A stretch of 64,000 nucleotides of DNA from Tubiluchus corallicola (taxonomy: Eukaryota; Animalia; Priapulida): assembly GCA_030141605.1 (NCBI GenBank), contig JAQGDQ010000402.1, positions 147,514 through 211,513 on the forward strand, written 5' to 3'. The translations under genes and the position numbers were made by a program. The stretch's first letter is position 1. Every line of letters starts with the position of its first letter. This document shows positions 47,761 through 61,240 of this stretch, piece after piece. The notes below the pieces were generated by a model. That model did no database searches, was not told the DNA's origin, and saw only the letters and a list, made by a program, of their open reading frames with translations.

Positions 47761-50544
47761 TTTAAATTGTGTGGGGAATTGTAAACTCCTTCCTAATTTT
47801 TAAATGCCACTTGGCTACAAAATTTGCATAGTTGTTTAGCAGCGAAGATAAAATTACCAACCGAAGTTAAACGCACACATCCGCTTCTGCTAGTGAAAAA
47901 ACGACCAAACCTGGATCATTTGCGCGTTAATTGCTCATTAGGCAAATATTCATCAATATTATGCGCTTAATTTGCGGTTTTTACTGGCAGTTTTTGTTTG
48001 CGTTTCTGTTCATTGATCCAGCCTGCAGTTTTGTTAACGTAGTAATTAGTGTCTGTACAGCAAACAGCGCAGTTGCCATTTGGCTGTCTGTTAATAGGTT
48101 CTTAATTTGACGAAATTCTCGCAAAAATTACGAGTAATTAGACGCTGCTTTACGTTACAGGGATGAGTCAGTGAGGTGCTGCGCTGGGGAATCATTATGA
48201 TGTAAGCTGAGACAAATGTCATGATGCCCCTGCGGTATTAACCTGTGTTGTTTCTCAGTTTAAAAGAAACTTTTTGAGGTTTGTGTCGCATTATTTAGCT
48301 GCTTAAAGCAGCACTGAAGACAGAATGTGATTGGGTGTTAAAATGTAGATTGCGTTTTGACGAATAAGCTGTATTATTTTTAGTCTGGCGTTACTGGTGC
48401 CTCTAGCAGTCTAGCGCATTTAACAATGCACGTGGTCGGACGCATCTCACATTACGTTTATAAGCTAGACATTATTTACACTTAAAGAGAGTTGCCTTGT
48501 TCATAACCGTTTTAGACAGACACAACCGTTGACAGTGACAAACAAAATTTTATTGAAGTTCTGAAGTTGTGAATTTTATACTAAAATGTGTTATCTAAAT
48601 TGTAGATTTTCATTTTGTTTTCTTGCTAGGATTCAAAATTGTGATAAATGACTGTAGGTAAAATAGAGCGGAGAAACTTTCTGTGGCTTGGTTAAATGCG
48701 GATAGTCGGAAATACATCACTGCATTCTTCCAGGGAATATCGGCAAGTGTAAAGCGTGCTTCTTTACGAAAATTTCTACCTGCATTATGTTTTGTTTTGT
48801 TAAATCTGTAAAGTGAAGCAGATGTCCGTTCTTGCTCTTCACACTTTGGTAAATTCTCAACAAAGATCTTGTCATTTTCCGCCAGTCGATTTCAGTACTG
48901 AAACCAGATACATGTGTGAGACATTCGTATTAAGATAAAATGCTTTTCTGTGGAACGCTGTACCTGCTTTGTCGTTTTATCTAAGTGCTTATTAAAGTGT
49001 CAGTAGATGCCTTGTTCACGTAGCTGCAGTAAGTGTCCATTACTCGATAAGAACAAATTTTATATCAACCAAATTACTTTCATGTTCCCTTTTAATATTG
49101 TATATTGTAACTCTTCATTCTAATAGCCAGTTGTCATTAATGTTTTTTCTATTTATAACAAAACGTACCCAGTAGGTCTTGTATAAAGTAAGGTTATAAT
49201 GACTTTTTTCTATAAGAAATCGCTGTGCTGTTATGACAAGTTGGTTTTGATTAACTGCTATAACTGGCCGCCCCATTCTTCTTAAAATGTCTTTTCTCGA
49301 CGTCTTCATTTGCGCTTAATGATGCCTTTTGCCTCAGTTAAAGATTCAGATGTCACTGGAGGGTAGGATTCTTCCTTGGAAAAATGTGATTAATGGGAGA
49401 AAATTGTCTGACAGTGTTACTGAACTTTGTGATGAGTTTCCAGTTTTTCGATTAGATCTTGGTTTAGCAGTGCCTTCGTCGTTGTCTGGCCGCTGACGCG
49501 AGTCTTTATTGATTTATAAAACAAAATTAGTAGTATTGTAATGTTGCACAAGCAGTGATGGGTCTTTGTGTTGGGACCTTATAAACTATGGTTACTTACA
49601 ATACAACTCCTATTATTAAAAACCATTACATTGATTAACCGTTTTTAGTAATACGAGTGCATATATAACTGGCATAATAATGTGTGACTGTTTGGCAGTT
49701 TTGGTCGTTTGGCACGAGTGAAATCCAGCTAAAATAAGTTATAAAGTATTTTCACAACGAAAAGGATTTAATAGCACTACAGCCTGGCAGCTTAGAGTAC
49801 TTTCCATACTTCAGCAACAGCAATTTACACTGGCTGTAATAATTGTGGTAGTTTAACCGCGTTTGCTGAAATCTTTTGGGACTTCTGAACGTGATGTAGT
49901 TGGTTTATGAATAATTTACTAAACACACAGTGCATGCCTATCCGATTATTGTTCTACTACCAGTGTACTGTTGAATATTTGTCAGCATTGGGAATTATGC
50001 TTTGGATTACCGTAGCTGTCTAGCGATTGCTACCATGACTCCAGATTAGTTATGATTGGCTAAAATATTGTAAATTATATAGGCTATTTGTGCTAGGTCC
50101 GACAAACTAAAACGATAGTTGCAAACTTTCGGGAATCTCAACAGTAAAAAATTTATACTACAGTTTAGGACTGGTTAGTTAATTTGATTAATTAATTAAG
50201 TAGTTTATGGTAGTGGAAATTATTTTTTCTCGAATGAATGTTCTCGCTCTATCAGTGCGTGTCAAAGTATCGAAGTCGTGCAGCATTTGTGTAGCTCTTG
50301 TGCTCTAGCTTATGTTGTTTTGAATTTCTTATAGAGTAAATAGTTTCAAAGAACAGGGCTTCAGAGCGTTCTTGTTCAAATTATTAAGCGTAGTCAGCCA
50401 TGTTGGCAAACTTATGCAATAGAAATGCCAATTCGACACAAAATTGTGTTGTTTTTGGCTAAATATTTAGCTTAAAAAATTATATCATTTAGGCTACCGC
50501 CAATGAGGTATCAACAACACATGTCTAATTTCCTGCTGTTAGAA

Positions 50545-50930
50545 GTGTCCAATGTTTAGTGCAAATGGACCTACGTGTCCAAAAACCTAGTGCCAAAATA
50601 TCTTATGTGACTTTCATTTTTTTATTATCCAAATGTCGTATATGTTGAAATGAGCTATGTGCCCAAATTCCCTTGTAATTCAAATTACCTGTGTCAGATT
50701 AGCCTATATGTCCACAGTACCTTGCATTCAAATGACCTATGTGTCAAAATTCCCCATGTGTCGAATTGACCGATGTGTCAAAATCACCTTGTGTCCAAAT
50801 TACCTATGTGTCCAAAGTACCTTGAGTCCAAATGAACTGTGTGTCACTATGTGTCCATATCACCTTATGTCCAAATTACCTATGTGCCCGAATAGCCCAT
50901 GTGTCCAGGATACCTAGTGTCCAAAAGTGA
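50545..50930. repeat. Degenerate minisatellite, ~17-bp unit (atgtgtccaaattacct)
   Basis: Recurrent tgtgtccaaa-t(t/g)acct units over about 380 bp. It produces the periodic Cys/Pro ORF 50657..50917. Confidence 0.85.
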
Positions 50931-51676
50931 CGAAGCATCTAAATAACTGTGTCGAGATGTCTGCACATCTTGCGGAGAACTACTACAGTACCACTTTAGT
51001 TGCTGCTGTGGTAATCACACTGTAATCACTAAGATCCTCCAAGTGTCGAAAAAGATATTTGTAGTATATCGAACAATCATATCAGGCATAATTTACTGGA
51101 TGTTCCATTTTTGTTCATTGACGATATCTTTGCCATTTGAGCTGGTCTCTTATTAAATTCCCTAATCAGACCTTGTGTAAGAATTATTGACTAATCAATG
51201 GAAACAGGACTGTCTCATCTGTGTTACATGTACGGTCCAGGGCTGTATAATTATTGCAACACCGTGCTGCTCTGCTTGCCATGTCAGGTGATATTGATTC
51301 TACGTAAGAGAAAGAAACCCAGCTCTGCAGGTGAGCTTATTATATATTAACTGCTGTACGTATATCATTTAGTACAATTCTGTGGTTCATTAGATTCGTG
51401 CTGTGTATGATGTGAATTGCTGTCGGCTTATCAGTTCTGTTATTATCGTCCCTGAGTTCAGATGATACTGCAGATGGTAGGCTTTTAGTGGCACTATCAA
51501 ACATTATTAGTCTGACTGTTTCTTTGTGACCATGGTTACACACAGTGCTGTTTTATTTATGAAAGTTCTGAAGATGTTATTTAAGGTGAGAATTTGTGAA
51601 TAACAGTTACTAATTATTACAATATCCGGTAAGGTCTTTGTAATTTATACGACTAGGTCAAAATGTATGTTCCCAA

Positions 51677-51860
51677 TGGCGTGTTCAAACTAGTGAGTCT
51701 TCTCGTCAGGTTAACTCGCTAAGTAACTCGCACGCGTGTTAAATTAGTGTCAGAAAGCTTACAATTTCTTGTTGACAGTAACTCGCAAAGCAGTTCACAC
51801 TTGTGAGTTTGCTGTCAGAGACAACACACGCGACAGAAAACTCTATAGTCTGAACGCGCG
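51677..51860. mobile_element. PIF/Harbinger-like MITE
   Basis: TIRs ggcgtgttcaaacta and tagtctgaacgcgc (reverse complement gcgcgttcagacta). The right flank is TTA, and internal subterminal copies gtgttaaattagtg and gttcacacttgtgag are present. Confidence 0.55.
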
Positions 51861-52663
51861 TTAGTTCCTTAAATGTATATTGGTTTACAAAGTTTAAGGC
51901 CCATTTCACACACATACCGTGTTGATCTCACAGATTTCCGGAAAAATCTATTTCTGCCGTATGATTTGGTGGAACGATTTGACTGACTATCTATGGAAAA
52001 TAAAAGGGTTGTTTGTGAAACCATATGCTGTTTTTCTACCAAATAGAGAGCAAAAGAGCCATCGGCTTATTAAAAGCACATATTAAATTAGAGGAAAGAC
52101 GAAATTCTCATACAGATGAAGTACAGCAGAACTTAAAATGTACATGAATCACCGAAATAATATTTTGCGTAAGACCGAAATACCGACTTCCGGACAAAGT
52201 AAAAGTAAAGGACATTTCGTGATAACACCCCACCTACGCGGCCATGCTGATAAAAGATAAATATAAAATGTAAATACCAGTAATGATACAAGATATTGCT
52301 TACTTTGATAAGTACATACCACGGGACAGTGTTATCAAGTTCATTCAAACAGGTCTAGCGCTACCAGCGGAAGTCGTAAAACCACTAAAAGCTTTTACCC
52401 ATTTCGCATGTTGAAAGCTTGATAAATCAAACCCGAGGAATGAACTTTAAAATAGCTGTAAACAAGAAAATTTCCTAAACGCGTTTTATAATTGTTTAAG
52501 ATTATGAGCCTGCACGTGTGACGTGCTTAGACATTTTATTCTAGCTTTTTTGTTTGGTCATGCAAGTTGGACGTGCAAGAATTGCTCAGTATAATGAAAT
52601 TTTCATAAATTATGAGCGTTCCCAATACACTTCCATTAGCTTACCACAATAGCTACTTATATT

Positions 52664-52778
52664 AAGTTAGCTTCATTGTTTGTACTAGAGAATTAGACAA
52701 AGGGTATTGTAAGGCTCCAAAAAGTTAGCTTCATTGTTTGTACTAGAGAATTAGACAAAGGGTATTGTAAGGCTCCAA
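52664..52778. repeat. Perfect 57-bp tandem duplication
   Basis: aagttagcttcattgtttgtactagagaattagacaaagggtattgtaaggctccaa occurs at 52664..52720 and 52722..52778. Confidence 0.97.
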
Positions 52779-54244
52779 CTCTAGTGGTAGCAAATTGTAC
52801 CTTGTAATATAATGATTACTATTAATCTCAGCAATGTGTAATCTCTGTTTTACTATCAGTGGAAGAGGCAATATTTTTATAATATCATTGCTGCTTCCAC
52901 AACGTATTGCTAAACTTCACAAATCAAAGCGACTTTAATTCGCAACTTGGATTGCGCATTTAATTGACGCATTGAAATAATTCGACTCGAATTTCATTAC
53001 ATTTGTTGAGTTACTCTTTTTTTGTAGCCTCGAAGTCGTCCATAAGATTAAGATTATCTTTATTTATCTCCTTTAAGTTTGACAGTACATAAGAGACCTA
53101 ATAATTATTTTCGCAATTTAGGAAGTTAATAAATATTCGTTAATAACTCATGTGGTATTGAAAATAAAGATATTAACTTTCGCAAAATGTAAATTATATA
53201 CATATACTTAAATCAACGGCAGTAATATATTACAATTTATAACTGCAAATTTAACGAATGATTTAAATATGTGACACAAACGATGAAAAAAGACGTTTCC
53301 AACGAATGTTTCGACGTGCAGTTAGACTGAATCTTACAGAGCCTAGTAACGCCATGTGCAGTAAGATTGTACAACGGATAAACACATGCAAGTCTGTGCC
53401 CTACAGTCACAGAATACTTCCTTAATCTGAAGTAAAAATTCTCTCTGGCAAACGTTTAATGCTATCAAAACAACATGCAACCGCGTTCTGATGTTATCTG
53501 AAGGGGGAATGTTGAAATCTTATATAAACATCCCCCAACAAGCCGCCTTTGCCCAGGTGAGATCAGCAAAGCGAAAATTATTCAGCTGTGTTGGTACTTG
53601 GGAAGTTCTTCACCTATATTTTCTTCAAGATGCTGGCAAAGTGGCATTATTTCGCTCGCTGACACCAGAGAATGTGCTAATAGTTGCGGTCGAGGGCATC
53701 GAGTTTTCGATTACTGCCACTGGGGGCGTTGGCTTGAGCAAGTCTTTATTCTGAATGAATGGCATTACGTTCTTATTCTTGTATTGCTGGGTCAATGTTA
53801 AATGAAGTTATTCTTTGGGTGTAGAACATTCTGTGAACATTGTAGGATATCACTATTTGTGGAGAGCTTTGTTTGCTGTAGAACCAGAATTAACAGAATG
53901 CAACAAACTGCGCTGAGCTTTGAGCAAAAACGCATAAAGCAGGAGACAACTATATAACTCACAGGTAGATCTAAAATGTATTTAGCATCTTTTTTAGGTA
54001 TCAGTTGGCGGGAAACATGAGAGATTTGGAAATGATTGTGTAACTGCTACATCAGTTTAATTCTTTTTACATATACAGTTTATTTTACGGATAAACGTTT
54101 TAATATCAGTAAATTTTAATCTGAAAAACGTGTATAATCTGAAGTATATATAAAATTTCCAATAGGACGATGCCGATTTGAGTGAATTGATCGCTTATTA
54201 CTGATATTCATATTGGCTATAAAGAAAAGTACGATAACATAGCT

Positions 54245-54275
54245 TAACATAACATAACATAACATAACATAACAT
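54245..54275. repeat. (TAACA)6 microsatellite
   Basis: Perfect pentamer run. Confidence 0.95.
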
Positions 54276-55388
54276 TGGTTGATGGTTTGACCTTGGAGTA
54301 TATGTGGCACAGTAGGAACCCCGATTATCCAGACTTTCGAAACTATCTGAACTACTCTGTCTCTATAGGTGATGGCCTACCGTACTCTGACTGAGCTTTT
54401 GAATCCACTATATTGTATTTTTCTGCCTTTTACTTTTCTATCGTTTGCGGCAAGGTGTGATGATTCGCTCTGGTGTTGGATATCTTTGCTACACTTTTAG
54501 TATGCAATATGTAGAAAAAAGTATCTGTTTTTATCTTTAATGAACGGTACAGTAAACCGCAACGTATTGGAGAAAAGTCACTATTTTTTCTTTAATTTCT
54601 TAAATATAGTTTAAACTTTAAAATAACATTGGCAAGATTATACACAGACGATCTGTAGATTAGATTCGTATCCGCACAGAACAGCAGGTTGATAGATCAC
54701 TGATTATTCATATTTTGTTGCCTGAATTGCATCAATATTTAGTTTTCTATATTCCTATTTGCACAGGTCTGTTGGCGCTTTGCTGTTTGTTTTGCTTTCA
54801 TTATTGCAACGCTTAGGAAGTGGTGCAGACTATTTGAAAGTCCGAAGGGCGTGCTCGTCTGTTTGCCTAGCTTCTTGAACGTCTGATGAGGCGCCAAATT
54901 ATGATGCATCTTAATCATCCTGACATTATTAAAATAGTTCGATATTTTATTTGAGCAGTTATTTGAGTCCCTCGCCATCAACGCCAACGAGTGTCGGTTT
55001 TTCTAATTGATTTAAAGGTGCACTGGCTCTGCTTTGTTAAGAACAATTTTAGTAGATGGCGTCTTCAATGATGTAAACCTCTTATGCTTAATGTGATGTC
55101 ATTTACTGACATCATGATCTGACAGCAGCGTCTCTTAAAATTGTGATTGTCATTTTTATATTAGTTTTTTATTCTGACCAGTTTTTTTCTATAATTTTTT
55201 GCTATGATAAGTTACAATTGCACCTTGTGAGAAGTTGTTCTTCATTGGTATCGGGCACCCATTCAATATTTGTGTTAGACAGGTTTGACTTTGTTTAACT
55301 GCGTTTAACAAAAGTCATATCATTATATGTAACCAGATGGTATTAACCTCATTAATCACGTATTTTTCTTTTCAAACAATATTTATTT

Positions 55389-55509
55389 GCCTTTTAGTAA
55401 GCTCAACATTGGCTAAAATCAACATTATGTAATTTACTCTCTACTGTAACCGCAGGCAGAAACTCGATCATTACCGAACTAATTAAACAGCTAAATTAAA
55501 GAAATCCGC
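55389..55509. repeat. 121-bp direct repeat, copy 1 (copy 2 at 56593..56713)
   Basis: gccttttagtaagctcaacattggctaaaatcaacattatgtaatttactctctactgtaaccgcaggcagaaact is identical in both copies; the remainder has a few substitutions. Confidence 0.95.
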
Positions 55510-56178
55510 GTTCTATATTTCTGACTTACCTGATTATTGATTAACCTACAAGACCTTTTCAATTACCTGTTGAGGTTAGTTTCATACGTAAAATTACGAC
55601 CATTGTCACACTTCATACTCAGGTTTTCAGTTACTTTGGGAGTTGACTCTTTATTCACTAATTATTATGCGGATTGGCGCGACTATATAATTATAGTAAG
55701 AGAGACAAATTGCTTCGTGCGCTTTTAGAATAACAAATTATTACAGTTGCAGCATTACTAGCAGATGGACCTAGCTGTTACTAGGAATAGGAAATTAATC
55801 TCCAGGGTAAGGGTCTGGGGAAATGCATACATAAATCTGGTTACAGTTGCGTGACCTCATTAGCAGTGCTTCCGGGTACCTCATTAGTGGTCATTAGAAT
55901 GTCAGGCGCAGGGACACGATGTATACAAAACAGGAGATGCTGTTCTCATAGCAGAATGTAAACTAACTTGGTATTCGTTAGAGTGAATTAGTCAAGCTGT
56001 AGATACAGACGGGCATCGAAAGTATGTAGGAAATTCATTATGTGCCAGTTTCTATTGTAGCGCGGTTTTCCTTTTCAGACTGTTGAGCTAGGTTTGTGAG
56101 ATGAGATTGGCCATATTTTTTCAGAAACTTAACTTCAAAGTATCATTAGCATGTATTCAAATTTTGTTTATGATTGGC

Positions 56179-56413
56179 AAGATTGCGATGGTATGGGCAC
56201 CTGAAAAGAAGATCATGTGGGAAGGGAGGTCATGGAAATAGAAGTGCTGGGAAATAGAAGAAGAGGACGACCCAAGCTGAGATGGTTTGAATGTATTAAC
56301 GGAGACCTTAGAGAGAATAACATAAATGAAGAGATGGCCAACAGCAGGAATGCATGGAGAAGACTTATTCAAAACGGCGACCCCGCATAGGGAAAAGCTG
56401 GGAAGAAGAAGAA
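56179..56413 (+). mobile_element. 5'-truncated RTE-clade LINE with (GAA)n tail and 13-bp TSD
   Basis: RLRWYGHLKRR/DHVGREVMEIEVLGNRRRGRPKLRWFECINGDL...NAWRRLIQNGDPA* is the hallmark RTE C-terminus, with one frameshift. Tail gaagaagaagaa. TSD gtttatgattggc (56166..56178) / gtttatgactggc (56414..56426). Confidence 0.93.
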
Positions 56414-56592
56414 GTTTATGACTGGCTATAAATTTTCAAGCTACAAGCTTTTGTTGCTTTTCATCGTTTTAGTAAGTTACTGTCAGTTTTTTCCAATTTT
56501 ATTGTCCTTTTGGTTATTTACAGGCGACGTATGGATATATAAGATGATACTAAACGTTGTACCTCTGTGCAATGGCAATTTGGTTTTTCTAG

Positions 56593-56713
56593 GCCTTTTA
56601 GTAAGCTCAACATTGGCTAAAATCAACATTATGTAATTTACTCTCTACTGTAACCGCAGGCAGAAACTTAATCGTTAACGAACTAATTAAAGAGCTAAAT
56701 TAAAGAAATCCGC
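56593..56713. repeat. 121-bp direct repeat, copy 2
   Basis: Near-identical to 55389..55509. Confidence 0.95.
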
Positions 56714-59700
56714 AGTTAAAGTTTCCTTTAGCAAAAACTCCAAGCGCTCATTTGACTCTGAAAATGCCATATAATGTTTCTGTAACATGAATTGGCTAGT
56801 TTACTGTTTTATCAGATTAGACAAATCTGGGCACTTGTGTTTTGTAGCCTTGTTTTGGACGTCTTCAACACACGCCGGTTTACTTGCGCGATAAAATCAG
56901 GTCCCACATTCCTGAAACTATACTGTCTCAGACCGCAAATCCTAGCGGCATTAGCGAGAACTAAGTTGAAGTATGTGATGGTGTGCCAGTTCCAATCCCG
57001 TGAACTTGAAGCTCGGTTGGTGGTCCTGAGTTTGCTTTGAAACCCTGCTCCAGATTTCGCTTTAAATCGCCTTAAGATTCAAACTAAGGCAGTTTGGATT
57101 TTATCTTTCGAAAGGGTAACCTTATCTGTCACTACGTTAGCCAGTATGTAATTATATATTGTACTACTGTATTCCACTAATCGGGGTTACAATTTGGGTG
57201 GAGAAATTTCGCGCTGGTGGGTCTTTATAACCTTCTGGCTTTGATTTTGTTAGTACAAACGCTATATCACTTTAATTTAACGTCACTTTTTGTTGATGGT
57301 TCTGTTTGCTCGTGTAAAATCGTGTGTCCATCAATTCGAAACATTGATTAATCATTATAAAAAATTTGTTTCTTAGCTATCAAGTGAACAATATAAGATA
57401 AAAAGAAAAGAAGTTTTGTTTATTTTATTATATTATGTAGGGTCTCTAGACAACGTTCTCGTAGTTCGTATAGTACTAATATTGTAATCTGTATACATTA
57501 AATGCTAAAATTTTGTTGAAAATGAGTGCGACATTACTCTTTGTCAAGCATACCCATTCTTGATAGTAGCGGCAACGATTATAACGACAACGAACAAAAT
57601 ACAAATTTTCTTTTAATATTTCTATAATCGCAGTGGGTTTTACTAGTAAAACTGTGTCCATACCACAACAAATTATTTACCTAAATTAAACCAATAATTG
57701 ATTTCATTTTGAGTAAGTCATCAAATAATAAAAAGAACGTTGAAGTATAATTAAGCCAATTACATACAGGCTGGCAAAAATTTAGGTCATTTTTACCGAT
57801 TTTTCCAAAGATACAGAAGGTTTAAATCAACAAGTTAAAAAAATGAACAAATACAGAGAAAATTTCGTTGTGTCACTGTTGTTAAAATTTACAGCAAAGC
57901 TCTGTATGTCCACCATTTTCAAAGCATTTCTTCTGACATCTAGTTTGTTACTTCTTTAAATATTTTTTGGTCCCAGCGCACTTAACACTTTTTTTCTTTT
58001 AGTTCTGCTTCAGACAGCTGTGGGTGCTGCTGTACACTCCGTTTATGGGAATTCCAAATATCCTGGTTCAGAGGATAAGAAATCTTTATCAGTTCTTTAT
58101 CTTTTGTGGTGAAGACCATGGTGTAAAGTGGTTGATTTCTTTATTGCTTTGTTGCTATGTATTGAATGCAGCATACGTCATCGTGGCTGTTTTTCAACTA
58201 ATGTTTCGCTGACATCGTTCCGGCACTTAAATTTTTAACATGCAAATGAAAAGTTCATGTATTGGCACTATTGTAATGTGAAATTTCAATTTTGCATAGC
58301 ACTTGCTTCTAGTGTTATTGCAGTGTAAACTTTTGCGCATTTTTTCTACGCCCAATAAGTACAAACAAATGAACATCTTGCGATATATTAATAAGTCAAT
58401 AGATTGCCGTGAACCTGTTTCGCAATTCACGATTTCTGTATATCACATTGACAATCATTTGTGGCTAATCAAGTTTTAGTTGTATCTCTGCTATGGTGAT
58501 ATATACACATGTGCAATTAAAAATTAAATGCTCAGGCCTTTGAGTGATGTGTTATACTAGCACATTGCATAAATCATAAAGCCTAATACCATTATTTGAA
58601 TACTTTACTTCCTCTGCGAAGCAGTAAGCTTGTCGACTTTTCTACAGGTAATCAAATACCTGTATTGCATACTATACAGACAGGATAGGTTTTGTAAATC
58701 AATGTAAATGTTTAGTGTGCAAATAGATTCGTTGACTGGCTACCTCATTTTGCATATCAAGAATTCCTGTCTTGCTGGTGTGCTTTGCTACTATATATTT
58801 GTATAAGTTGTGTTGACAAAACTTGATATAAAAGTGCATTAAAGGACTGGAAAGTTGTAGAAACATACGACCTTACATGCGAATTAAAGCAAATTAGTCG
58901 GCATTAGGACTTAATGTCATGGTTAACAGTTTCCAGTATAAACGAAGCTGTTTTAGTTATTTGAAGGGTCAGCCTACTTAAAACTTAGTTTTGATCCTTG
59001 CCTAAAGTTCCATATTTCAGCATTTTATTATGGACTGAACCTTTGCACTATGTAGACCATTACACAAAGTCTTCAATTTTCTGAAAATTCACGTTTATCC
59101 ACGTTGCACTTAATTATTTGACGTAACTAATGTGTGTAAAACGAATCGATTAGACTGCATACATCTACTATTGTCTTAAAACACATGTAAATAGTATAGC
59201 CATCTAACCATCTATAAAAAGATGTATTTTGCTGATGCCAATTAAAGTCTTTCAATGTTTGTAAAACTTGTATACACTGTGCATCTTTTTCGACAAGGTA
59301 CCTTTTATGACGTTTTATGGCCCATCTATTATCCAAAGGTCCTTATTTAAAGTACACGGAGCATTGTACTTGCCGGGTTTTCACAATATAAGTCGCTGGC
59401 TTTCTTTTACTTCATTGTTTTGATTTGTACGATTATTGGTGGAGCATTTAATTTTGATTATTTAGAGAGTGCCATTTTAGTGCGTTAAAATCAACAGTCA
59501 ACGTAAGGACCTACATGAAAAGGATTCTTCTTTGACACTGTATTATCACAACTGCAGTATTTGTCATTTTCAGTTCAGTTAATCACACAGTTTTCTACTG
59601 GCTGCATTACTGTGTTGAAGTGGCTATTATTAATATATCTCTTGCAGAAAATTTATCATCAATATCAAGTAAAAACGTGGAGCAATTACATTAAAACGCG

Positions 59701-60951
59701 GGCAGCTAATCCCAATCGCACATTATTCGGTAATTCAAGCATCACAGCGGTGTCGTATAAAATTTATAACAGGCAGAAAAGCTTCACGTACATAAAATTA
59801 ATGCGTGTTAATTATATGAGATAAGTATATGCACTAAGATGGGATCTAATGACTTATTAGGCACTATTAAACTCTATAGGTTTGCAAGCTTCAAACTCTA
59901 TCACGTATGAACAATACAGGTTTAAGAAGTAAGCGCATAATCGAAGCCAAACATTTAGACCATAGTCTGAGCAAACCATTTATATATTGTACATGCCTCG
60001 ATAAAGGAAGAGCATTCGACTGATTGGTGCAAAGTCGATCCCCAAAGTCACTACATGAAAAACCTGCCCGAATTTGTACCGTTTCCGGTTTCATCTTTTT
60101 AGTGCATGTAAATACTAGCTTACTCTACATCAAAAACGGTTAGTCGGGGAGTTGTGATTCACGCTACCAGTCTGCATTTCTGTGAGAAAGAGGTTTGAGA
60201 GCGTTTGTCATGCAGACTCGCGTGTCCTTCGTAGGTCTGGAGACACTGGCTGTTAAAAGGAATAACGTGTCGATGTTTGTACTGCCATAGAGGGAGCTAT
60301 TATTTATTAATCCAAAGTAATATTTCATAGATTCTCTGAAGAGTTTTGTAACCGTGATGGTGGAATCAGTAAGGTTGTGGTTGGAGGAGGAGATGTAGAA
60401 CTGCACTGTATTTATTCAGTTCCTGTGCAGATGCTAGCTGAAATATTAATATTGTCTATAGTATGCCCTTAATACCTTATATAGGATATTACTTGGGTGT
60501 TCGCACATCACACATACCTGTGCAGTTTGTGCAAAGGTGGGCAGCAATTTTGTTTTTATCTGTGGTCTGGTTTTCCGTAGTTGTCCGTTGTACCCAAATA
60601 GTACTTGTTATTACTGTTACTAGAATGATGTATCACATTCACCATCCCTGTAATTGCACAAACTCGTTGAACGTATATGCGAGTTTGTAAAGTCAAAATA
60701 GTTCACAATGCTATGTGATAATAGTGTTTAATTTCTTAATTTCCGAAGAATTTGTACTAAAAAGTGGTTATCTTCAGTTTGCGGGATACACGAAGATGTT
60801 CGACGATTTCTGATTTAGAGGCAAACTTCTCTCTTAATGTGTTACTTGTGGCGTTAATTAATGGTGGTTTTATAGTTGCAGGTACGTTGCCTTTTGAAGT
60901 CGATTTTTTTGGTACCTATTTTGAATTTGAATCACATTTTTTCTTTTTCAG

Positions 60952-61021
60952 GTGTCGTGTTGCATCTTAAGTGAATGCAGGTGAATGGTGAATCGGTCGC
61001 AGTGCCTTTGACTGTAGCCAG
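60952..61021 (+). other. Candidate 70-nt exon (probably 5' UTR) of the downstream gene
   Basis: Strong acceptor ttttttctttttcag|G and strong donor CAG|gtgaga. Confidence 0.4.
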
Positions 61022-61149
61022 GTGAGACCCGTAAAGTAGAAATAATCATAACCGCTTTACGAATATCATGAATGTTTTTAGATACAAAAATATTTTCGAA
61101 TTATTCTGTATCTCTCATTGTCACGATTTGCGTAAACGGTTTGCTTAGG

Positions 61150-61240
61150 AAAGTAGCTGAATGTTCATGGTACTTGCCTAGAAACTGAAGTTAAGCAACA
61201 CTGGTTGTTAAAACGAATGGGTGGCCACTGCTGGGATTTT
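61150..61240 (+). mobile_element. tRNA/5S-like repeat head (copy E)
   Basis: TAGCTGAATGT at 61154, GAAGttaagcaaca 33 nt later, then ctggtt...gaatgggtggccactgctggga (5S-like with a deletion). Confidence 0.5.

Noticed and set aside
50545-50930. CRISPR-like array or Cys-rich repeat protein (ORF 50657..50917)
   Set aside because: Units are contiguous and degenerate with no unique spacers, the context is eukaryotic with no cas genes, and the ORF is a by-product of the repeat.
53491-53900. Coding-like segment on either strand
   Set aside because: Short frames with stops, no recognisable motif and no consistent splice boundaries.
55389-56713. 121-bp repeats as the TSD of the RTE fragment
   Set aside because: The RTE has its own adjacent 13-bp TSD and lies 180-670 bp away from the long repeats.
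54309-57190. Pogo/Tigger-like element bounded by aaccccgatta (54317) and taatcggggtt (57178)
   Set aside because: Only an 11-bp inverted match; the right side lacks the terminal ctactg and no transposase remnant lies between.
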